Shown: positions 8,895-17,526 of the stretch, in pieces
Layout: each line of letters opens with the position of its first letter
Position numbering within the stretch: position 1 is the first letter of the stretch
DNA from: Corynebacterium glutamicum ATCC 13032
GTDB taxonomy: Bacteria; Actinomycetota; Actinomycetes; Mycobacteriales; Mycobacteriaceae
NCBI RefSeq assembly: GCF_000011325.1
Contig: NC_003450.3
Span: 2,880,001 to 2,912,000 of the forward strand
DNA length: 32,000 nucleotides
Direction of reading: 5' to 3'
Made by a program: the position numbers and the translations under genes
The notes under the pieces: model-generated
What the model was told of the DNA's origin: nothing
What the model saw: the letters and a program-made list of their open reading frames with translations, nothing else
The model's database searches: none

Positions 8895-10634
<1,740 letters not shown>

Positions 10635-10662
10635 TCACCCACCAAGCAGTTGATGATCAATA

Positions 10663-10689
10663 TTGGCACTCTGATTAGTTGAGTGCTAA
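10663..10689. promoter_or_regulatory. CIRCE operator 1 (HrcA binding site)
   Basis: TTGGCACTC-N9-GAGTGCTAA compared with the consensus TTAGCACTC-N9-GAGTGCTAA. It sits in the groEL2 5' region. Confidence 0.9.
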
Positions 10690-10697
10690 CTACTTTT

Positions 10698-10724
10698 CTA
10701 GCACTCAAGGGGTGTGAGTGCAAG
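10698..10724. promoter_or_regulatory. CIRCE operator 2 (HrcA binding site)
   Basis: CTAGCACTC-N9-GAGTGCAAG lies 8 bp upstream (in the gene sense) of CIRCE 1. Confidence 0.8.
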
Positions 10725-10752
10725 ATTTTATAGCTTCAAATGCCCTAATCAG
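10725..10752 (-). promoter_or_regulatory. Candidate sigma-A promoter of groEL2
   Basis: On the minus strand: CTGATT (10747-10752), a 16-nt spacer, then TAAAAT (10725-10730), immediately upstream of CIRCE 2. The -35 overlaps the stop codon of the 60-aa ORF. Confidence 0.4.
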
Positions 10753-10931
10753 ATACGTGACCAGATAAAAACCATCACGAGCACAATAATTACGGCTGCC
10801 GCAATGCCAGTGCCGATCCACAACATCGCAGAACGATTCCGCGCCTTTCGCTTGGCCTGTCGCTGCGCCTCATATTCTTCCTCTGCGCGAACCGCATCAA
10901 GCCTCACGCCTTCGGCATGCTGAAAACTCAT
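10749..10931 (-). CDS. 60-aa tail-anchored membrane microprotein (last gene of the cluster)
   Basis: The ATG overlaps the upstream stop (ATGA, 10928-10931). The N-terminal half is a charged helix (EEEYEAQRQAKRKARNR). The C-terminal half is a single TM segment (MLWIGTGIAAAVIIVLVMVFIW). Confidence 0.7.
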   Translation of the reverse strand: MSFQHAEGVRLDAVRAEEEYEAQRQAKRKARNRSAMLWIGTGIAAAVIIVLVMVFIWSRI

Positions 10932-12139
10932 TTAAACCACCTCAGGAATCCACGTTTTTTAGGTTCTTCAACCGGGGCCTCTTGGGCTTCAGGCTGGCTG
11001 GTCGGGGCAGGTTGGGCAGGCGGGATATTGCTTTTCGACGTCTCCAGCCCCTCTAGAATCCCAATTTCCGAGAACAACTCTCTCAACGGATCCAGGCAAC
11101 GAAACGGTGCGATACCGCTTCGATTAATCCGATCACCTTCAGGACTTGCACCCAGAGGAGACACCGCGAAGCACTGGAACGGATAAGCCTCTTCACCAGC
11201 TAGGGGCTGATTGAACTGGTTCAGCAAATGCGTCGCATCCAAGCACTGCAGCATGCTTCGAATTTCCAGATCCAAAATCTCGCCAGCAACGCGATCATAT
11301 GCACCATCAAGCGGAGCACTGTCCCTGCGGAAAGTTGCACCAAAGTTGCTCATCACGCGCTGCCAATTCACCATGTTTGCTCCTGCATAGTGCAGGTGAT
11401 CTTGGTTCACTTCAGCTAGCTGCTGCATGGTGTCGAACTTAGACATGCACAGGGAAATCTTGGGGCGATAATCCGGTCCCAACACTCGGAGCACGTTTCT
11501 TAAGACAACCATCGGCCCATCAGTGTCCACCTCATGAGTGGGGACTGAACCTTCCAACATCTGTCGGATTCGTGGAACAGACATGGGATCAAACAGAAAA
11601 AGAATGCGGTCCGCGTTTTGGAAAAACGCTAGTTCGTCTTCACGAGCCGAAAAATTCTCTTCCTGCAGATCTTCGCCTGCCACATCCCTAAAGACTAAAA
11701 AGAGTCGCTGCTCTGGATGATTCGAGGTTGAAATATCAAAGATCAATGGACGCTGCTGATGTGCATCAGGAGCCGATGCTGGCGGAGTAGGCGGAAGCAA
11801 TCCCATCTGTTCAAACAGTGGCTTCTCGTATTTTTCCTGGTAAATCCGGCGGGTGTGCTCATCGGCGTATAAAAATGATCCACCGTTGGCAACGACCAGT
11901 TTGCGCAGCAGCTTCACGATCACCGCAATGTACATACTCTTGCCCGATGACCTGTCACCTGCCATTGCGAAAGTCAGAGTTCCGGAATTTTGCCACCCGT
12001 CTGGCAGGGTCGCATCCTGGACCGTCGCATCAACAAAAGGTGATGAGGTCGCTTCTGGATCCGGCAGCACTTGGAAAGTGAAAGGACACCGTGTGGGGAG
12101 CAGACCAGTGGAGGGTGGGTAAACATCAGGAGCGGTCAT
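10928..12139 (-). CDS. Ras-like (TRAFAC-class) P-loop GTPase with a basic amphipathic C-terminus
   Basis: G1 is GDRSSGKS (11936-11959), G3 is DVAGED (11669-11686) and G4-like is SKFD (11432-11443), in the canonical order and spacing. The C-terminus is KKRGFLRWFK. ATGA overlaps occur at both gene junctions. Confidence 0.85.
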   Translation of the reverse strand: MTAPDVYPPSTGLLPTRCPFTFQVLPDPEATSSPFVDATVQDATLPDGWQNSGTLTFAMAGDRSSGKSMYIAVIVKLLRKLVVANGGSFLYADEHTRRIYQEKYEKPLFEQMGLLPPTPPASAPDAHQQRPLIFDISTSNHPEQRLFLVFRDVAGEDLQEENFSAREDELAFFQNADRILFLFDPMSVPRIRQMLEGSVPTHEVDTDGPMVVLRNVLRVLGPDYRPKISLCMSKFDTMQQLAEVNQDHLHYAGANMVNWQRVMSNFGATFRRDSAPLDGAYDRVAGEILDLEIRSMLQCLDATHLLNQFNQPLAGEEAYPFQCFAVSPLGASPEGDRINRSGIAPFRCLDPLRELFSEIGILEGLETSKSNIPPAQPAPTSQPEAQEAPVEEPKKRGFLRWFK

Positions 12140-13101
12140 GTCGTTGGATCCTCTCGTCGTGCAACCGAAGTCAACGCGTTAAACATTTGGTGGACAGGTC
12201 CAGCGAGAAGACGCTGATCATGATTTTTAATAGCGTTAATCAGCACTGGATCGAAATAGGTGGTGCTGGTTCCATGTTCCACCAAAGGTTTCCGAGAACT
12301 CAAAACATGCAGGTTGTTGGAGAGTTTTAAGATCTCGGCAGGAATGTCATCAGAGATCACCACCAGCGCATCGTCTGGGGAAATCTGGTGCAAATCCGAA
12401 TTCCACCCCACTTCCCTCACCGGCGCGTACTTTTCCGAAAGCTTGCTGATCTCCTCCGGATTAGCGACACGCACTTTTGGATCCGTAGCGCTACTGGTCA
12501 TCACATGGATGGAGCGTCCCTGGCTCACTACTGATAAAACACCAGTGGCGAAAGAACACATGAGATCAAAGGTCTCGCGGCTGGTGCTTGCTTTCATCGA
12601 CGCCGTCTTATCGACCAACACGGTGACATTAGCTCGAGCAATATCAGCTGAGCCGTCCTTATCAATGGTGCGTCCCAACGCTGATCGAACTGCCGAAGCC
12701 TCAGAGTCCAAAGAACTGTCATTGCTCACATCGCCAGCCTGCATGCGAATGATGCCCTGGCTTGGGAAAACGTTAAGAATCGGGATGGAGCGTAAACCAC
12801 CGATAGGATACGTTGGAAGCTGCAGCGTAGTTTCTTGGCGCCCAGCCTCCTGAATCACCACAGTTACATACAGCTTGGTTCCCGAAGGGAATTCTCCCCG
12901 ATCGCCATCAGGAAACACCGTGACCTCGGTATTTCCTTGAGGATTACGAATCCACCACGTATTGCCACGTCGGTTGGTTTCTGTGGAAGGAACCTCTACC
13001 CGGAATCCTAAGTCCTCGCTGAGATCAAATTCCAGACGTGCAGAAAATCCCTCGCGTGGTACGTCATAGGTCTGGTTGGAATCCAGTCGAATCACGTTCA
13101 T
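12136..13101 (-). CDS. Cytoplasmic vWA-like protein (beta-rich N-terminal domain plus C-terminal MIDAS-type domain)
   Basis: VTVLVDKTASM contains D-x-T-x-S (12598-12612), followed by the vWA-like strand pattern ...IHVMTS... and ALVVISDDIP. I see no signal peptide or TM segment. ATGA overlaps occur at both ends. Confidence 0.75.
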   Translation of the reverse strand: MNVIRLDSNQTYDVPREGFSARLEFDLSEDLGFRVEVPSTETNRRGNTWWIRNPQGNTEVTVFPDGDRGEFPSGTKLYVTVVIQEAGRQETTLQLPTYPIGGLRSIPILNVFPSQGIIRMQAGDVSNDSSLDSEASAVRSALGRTIDKDGSADIARANVTVLVDKTASMKASTSRETFDLMCSFATGVLSVVSQGRSIHVMTSSATDPKVRVANPEEISKLSEKYAPVREVGWNSDLHQISPDDALVVISDDIPAEILKLSNNLHVLSSRKPLVEHGTSTTYFDPVLINAIKNHDQRLLAGPVHQMFNALTSVARREDPTT

Positions 13102-15086
13102 GACCGCATGTCCTTTCCAATATTATTCCGGCTAATTGCTCTGATGATAGCGCGCGCCATCTCAGTAAAAATCTGGTTAACATCCCTAGACCGGGACACT
13201 TTCTTATTGATGATATCTTGGTCGATATAGCCGAGATATTGCTGTACTGCTCGAGCATTGGTGAGAATCGACGGCAAATCCTCTCGGGCAATCTGCTCAC
13301 CATATTTCTCGAATCGTCTAATGTCTTCCGTTCTGCCCTCTTGAAGAGTTAACTGCACGAAACTAAGAACAGAATCGACCGTGAGAGTAGTAAAAGCCCT
13401 GTAGGTATCTTCGTCGCCGATCAAAGCGACTCCAAAATACGCCCGCAAAAGATCCCACATGAAGTGGCTTCTACCAGTTTGAACAGACGCACCCGCAATG
13501 ATTCCTGCAAAGATCTGCTGAGCTTCATCGCTTCTCGTCCAGTCTTCGATGTCTGGCAAAGACCGATCTCTGCTGAAGTTCGGAACGATATGGTCCAAGA
13601 CGATTGCCGCAGGTGCTCTGTTCCTAGCATCGCGTTCTGCGTCCACGAGTAGTTCCCTCAAGCGAGGGTGCGCATCCTCGGTGAACTTAATGTGTCGCCA
13701 GTTGTCCATCGCTGGAAAGTCTGAAAAACTACTCCGAAAAAAGGGATCCGAAGCATTAATGCTTGTCGCAAGCTCAGTTTTCAAAAGGAAATCCAAATAG
13801 GCAACAAGATCCTGTGCCGGCGAATCATGAAGCTTCTCAATGCTGTTGATCGCCTGCTCTGACATATTGATGATCCTGCGCCGACTATCCGGCAATCGCC
13901 TCAGACTTGGCCAATCTTGTGATTCTGATGCTCTCCGAGGATTGTGAACTACCTCAGATGCACGCGCCCAAATTGCATTGGGGTTTGGTGCCGGAGCGAC
14001 AGGCTCCACCTTAGGTGCTGGCTTGTCTGGCACCTTTCCAAACATATGCTGATCAGCAAGTACGCGAAGCGGGTGCGTGCCGGAAAAACGGCCATTCCGG
14101 ATAAATCGCGCTAAACCGTCTCCAAATTGAGCGAGTTCCTTTTGGCTATTATCCAGGTTCTCGTTGGCACGAATCAGCCCTGCGACAAGTTCATCAGCAT
14201 CAAAACCGTCGGAGAAGAGCCCTTCTGTCATTCGGGACCAGGATCCCTGCGGGCCGAAAGGTTGGCTCTGTGGAATCTCCGGATCGATAATCACAATCCC
14301 TGAATGCTCCGCCAACAATTCACGATCAATTCCTGGGACCACAAACAGAGAACGAGCCTCCATTGATTTATCTGGAGCTGGCAAGGTAGCAGCACGCTCA
14401 AAGGTTGAGAAGTGCAACAGACGCCGGGCTTCATTCGGAGTCAATGTAGAAGACAACGCTTGAAGCCAATATGCTGCCTCGTTAGTGCTGTTCAGAACCA
14501 AAACAGTAGCTTTATCTCCAGCTTGGAGAGCATCTTGAAGCTGGTAGAACTGCTGTCTGCGATCGCCAAACATGCTGTCGATCATCATCCACGACAAGGA
14601 CAGATCAGTGATGGGGCCAATTCTCGGCTCGCCTGCATCCAAAGGGAGCTCGGCAGCGTTGACCGCGGCTGCACGAAAAGGGGTCAGCAAATCAGGTGAA
14701 CGGTACAGGGAAATGGGATAAACAGACTCCAGTGGGCTTTCTAGATCCCCATCAAATACTGCATGGGTGAACACATTCCCTGGACGTCCAGTGGCATCTT
14801 TACCTGCAGGAACAGACTGCATGATCAACGATCGGCCTGCCAAAGGACGGTACTCAAACCTCCTCGGCAACGCATCGATATCTTCTGATGAGATGAAATC
14901 ATCAAAAGGGGTCACCGTTTCAATATGAGTGGGCGCAACCTCCGCGATAAATTGGAGGTCTTCTTTAGTGGCCTGAGCAGACCAAGTTCCCACCTTCCAC
15001 CCACCCCTACCTGCAGTTCCTCTAAAGGACGCGTAGGTGACATGAGTCCATCTCAAGGCCACGGGCAACTCACCTGCTTCCACCAA
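13098..15086 (-). CDS. 662-aa hypothetical protein, possible GTPase-associated adaptor
   Basis: The long ORF has native codon style. The start is ambiguous: TTG 15086 or GTG 15083 overlap the upstream stop, and GTG 15062 lies 8 nt after it. The N-terminus LRWTHVTYASFRGTAGRGGWKVGTWS resembles the h-x-Y-T-S...G-x-G-G-[FW] signature I associate with GAP1-N type domains of predicted GTPase-centred systems. I recognised no enzymatic motif. Confidence 0.8.
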   Translation of the reverse strand: MVEAGELPVALRWTHVTYASFRGTAGRGGWKVGTWSAQATKEDLQFIAEVAPTHIETVTPFDDFISSEDIDALPRRFEYRPLAGRSLIMQSVPAGKDATGRPGNVFTHAVFDGDLESPLESVYPISLYRSPDLLTPFRAAAVNAAELPLDAGEPRIGPITDLSLSWMMIDSMFGDRRQQFYQLQDALQAGDKATVLVLNSTNEAAYWLQALSSTLTPNEARRLLHFSTFERAATLPAPDKSMEARSLFVVPGIDRELLAEHSGIVIIDPEIPQSQPFGPQGSWSRMTEGLFSDGFDADELVAGLIRANENLDNSQKELAQFGDGLARFIRNGRFSGTHPLRVLADQHMFGKVPDKPAPKVEPVAPAPNPNAIWARASEVVHNPRRASESQDWPSLRRLPDSRRRIINMSEQAINSIEKLHDSPAQDLVAYLDFLLKTELATSINASDPFFRSSFSDFPAMDNWRHIKFTEDAHPRLRELLVDAERDARNRAPAAIVLDHIVPNFSRDRSLPDIEDWTRSDEAQQIFAGIIAGASVQTGRSHFMWDLLRAYFGVALIGDEDTYRAFTTLTVDSVLSFVQLTLQEGRTEDIRRFEKYGEQIAREDLPSILTNARAVQQYLGYIDQDIINKKVSRSRDVNQIFTEMARAIIRAISRNNIGKDMRS

Positions 15087-17526
15087 TCCACGTTCCCAGA
15101 TTCAGCAAGGAGGGAGCGGGATCGATTAGAGCTTTCACATGAACGTCATCGGACTCTTCTTGGTGGATGAATAGGCGAAGATAGCTAGTTGGTGGAAGGC
15201 TAGCAATCTTAGGATCGATCTCCCAGTATTCAACTTCCGGTTCTTGCTCAGATCGTAAAGATGAGGAACTAATGCCAGCTAGAAGATCAGCATACTGCTG
15301 CCCTCCCCCATCATTGATGATCTTTCGAGTCATCACTTCTTGACCATCTTCTGGTTCAAGCGGGAGACGGGACGGGTGAATCCTCAAAGAGAACTGGTTG
15401 AACTGATTGTTTGGTCGCTCGCTGTAAATAGAAAGGAACAAACGGTTATTCATCAAATGCAGTTTGTAACTGAATTTGTCTAGACCTCGGTACTTGAGGA
15501 TCTCAGGCTGTCCCCAAATCTGGCGTCCTTCATAAACTCGGGAGGCAAACAGCGCAACATCGCCGGCACCAGGCAGTTTCACCCGCATGCCACCTTCCTC
15601 CTCGTAGGCTTCCCTATGGATGGAGACAAGACTAGAACCTGGGGCATCGGCAGTTGGTCCTACTGAATGACCTGAACCGGGCTCGCCAAAAACAGCAGTG
15701 ACTTCGTGTGCTTCTTCAGGCCAACCAAAAGTGAGCAATTGGTTATTCACCCGCTCGTACAGCTTCGGACGGCTAATCTCTCCCACCCGAACTCGTGAAT
15801 AGGTTTGTCCAACTTGAGCTTGGTTGCCCACAACATTGACTGGGGTGAGGAAGATCGAATACCAATCTTCAGGCCACACCACATTGCAGGAGGTCTTGGT
15901 GTCCTCCAGGTCATTGGCCCAATCTCTTCGCGCCAGGCCAAAGCTTTCCAGTTGGTCTGTTTCAATCGCGTTGAACTGCAGGTCGCTTTCTGGTGCTTCC
16001 TGAGTTCGGTAAATCCAGACTTCACCAGAGTGAGGAGCATCCCACGTCACGTCAAAACTCGTGCTGAATCCGTCGAAACGCTCTTCGATCGAAATTGGCA
16101 CCTCGACGACCTCAGCTGGGACGTCGATGACGAACTCCTCTGACGGCGCCGAGCCGACCAGCTTTCCGTGGATTTCCGCAAAACGGCGCGCGACAAACTT
16201 GTACTCCCGGCCGCGGTGCTGCGGATGGAAACGGAATCCCTGGAAGTTGTTTTTATCAGCGGCGATCTCATTTCGAGACGCCGTGACCAGGCGTTCATTG
16301 CTCGGAGCTGCGTAGACAGCAACTCGGTGGGTGTGTTCAGCAGGAGCCCACTGCCCCTTCACCTCAGAACCTGCCACCGACAACTCAATGTTGGAAACTG
16401 GGTTGATAAACACTGATTCCCCCACCAATTGCGGTTGGGAATTCACTGCCGAGGACTCCGTAACACCCTCGTACATCCACACCTGATACATGCGATAAGC
16501 AGTGGTCAAAGGCTCCTGATCCACCCAATGGGTGCCCACAGTGCTCACTCGGTGCTCCGCTAAATCAGGATCCTGCTCAAACGCCATCTCATCACTAACA
16601 ATGCGGAAAACCCGAGATGCATTGATATAAGACTCCGGCGCATCCCACTCCAGATCCAACCCACCCGTGAGGTTTGCTGTAATCCGGAGGAAACCACCGT
16701 GAGCCTGCTTGACCTCTGCAAAGCCATCAAGTCGTGCGAACTCATAGTCCTGCCAATTGCGGATATCACGATCAATTGATTGAGCTTCAGCACTTGCCGA
16801 ACGATGTGATCCGGTGTTTTGGCGTCGTCGACGTGGTGCAGGGGTTGGATCAGGTTCAGGGGTTTCAGGGATTTCAGCAACGCTTGGTTCAGCTTGGTGC
16901 GCTGGCTTGCGAACCAGCTCTGGTGCAGGTTCAGCCATAGGCTCAGGTTCAGCCACAGGCTCAGGAGCCGGCTCTGGTTCCGGCGTAAATTCCGGAGTAA
17001 ATTCCTGCTCAGGCACTAGCTCAGGCTCTGGATCCAGCACTGGTTCTGGCGCTACTACCTGCTCAAATACCTGCTCAGGCACCTGTGCTGGCCCTGGAAC
17101 AGCATGCACAGGCTCCGATTCCAGTTCCGGTTCATACTCAGGCTCATCAATCACTTCCGCGTAGTGATAATCAGCTGGCTCATCGTCGTAGAACTCTGCG
17201 TCAACGGGTGTGTCTTCGAGCGCGTCCACGGAAGCATCTTCAGGTTCAAAGTGCTTATCAAAATCAAGGTCAGGGGTGAACATCGCTGCGTCGGTGCCCT
17301 GCTCAATGACGTGAAGGGTGCCTACTTGGACGTATCCCAGGACTCGTCGAAGGGCTGTCGCCCACACGAGAAGAGCTGGGTAGTCGCCGCCAGGTTTGAG
17401 CTGGTCAGGGTCCTTAGCGGTGGCGAGTAGTTCCTCGTCGGTGGGGAGCTGATCTTCGTTGAATTTTATGCGGGCAATGTCGCGCCAGGTTTTAAACGCA
17501 CTGAGAATTTGGTATTCGCTAGCCAT
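15070..17526 (-). CDS. 818-aa protein: small N-terminal domain, Pro/Glu-rich acidic linker, four FN3/Ig-like repeats, C-terminal domain
   Basis: The ATG shares one nt with the upstream TAA (TAATG). Residues about 85-231 are PE-rich and disordered. A periodic W-[DAP]-[APE]-[PE] motif occurs at W294, W393, W495 and W602 (spacing about 100 aa), each followed by a hydrophobic strand. Confidence 0.85.
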   Translation of the reverse strand: MASEYQILSAFKTWRDIARIKFNEDQLPTDEELLATAKDPDQLKPGGDYPALLVWATALRRVLGYVQVGTLHVIEQGTDAAMFTPDLDFDKHFEPEDASVDALEDTPVDAEFYDDEPADYHYAEVIDEPEYEPELESEPVHAVPGPAQVPEQVFEQVVAPEPVLDPEPELVPEQEFTPEFTPEPEPAPEPVAEPEPMAEPAPELVRKPAHQAEPSVAEIPETPEPDPTPAPRRRRQNTGSHRSASAEAQSIDRDIRNWQDYEFARLDGFAEVKQAHGGFLRITANLTGGLDLEWDAPESYINASRVFRIVSDEMAFEQDPDLAEHRVSTVGTHWVDQEPLTTAYRMYQVWMYEGVTESSAVNSQPQLVGESVFINPVSNIELSVAGSEVKGQWAPAEHTHRVAVYAAPSNERLVTASRNEIAADKNNFQGFRFHPQHRGREYKFVARRFAEIHGKLVGSAPSEEFVIDVPAEVVEVPISIEERFDGFSTSFDVTWDAPHSGEVWIYRTQEAPESDLQFNAIETDQLESFGLARRDWANDLEDTKTSCNVVWPEDWYSIFLTPVNVVGNQAQVGQTYSRVRVGEISRPKLYERVNNQLLTFGWPEEAHEVTAVFGEPGSGHSVGPTADAPGSSLVSIHREAYEEEGGMRVKLPGAGDVALFASRVYEGRQIWGQPEILKYRGLDKFSYKLHLMNNRLFLSIYSERPNNQFNQFSLRIHPSRLPLEPEDGQEVMTRKIINDGGGQQYADLLAGISSSSLRSEQEPEVEYWEIDPKIASLPPTSYLRLFIHQEESDDVHVKALIDPAPSLLNLGTWIGGSR
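16834..17274 (-). repeat. Low-complexity Pro/Glu-rich coding tract with an 18-nt tandem duplication
   Basis: It encodes ...EPEYEPELESEP...TPEPEPAPEPVAEPEPMAEPAPE.... GGTTCAGCCATAGGCTCA (16928-16945) and GGTTCAGCCACAGGCTCA (16946-16963) are tandem copies with 17/18 identity. Confidence 0.85.

Noticed and set aside
16814-17164. The repetitive stretch could be mistaken for a CRISPR-like or Gly/Ser-rich plus-strand gene (116-aa ORF GSGSG...)
   Set aside because: The periodicity comes from Pro/Glu codon repeats of the minus-strand 818-aa ORF. There is no repeat-spacer organisation, and the plus-strand ORF is a shadow frame.
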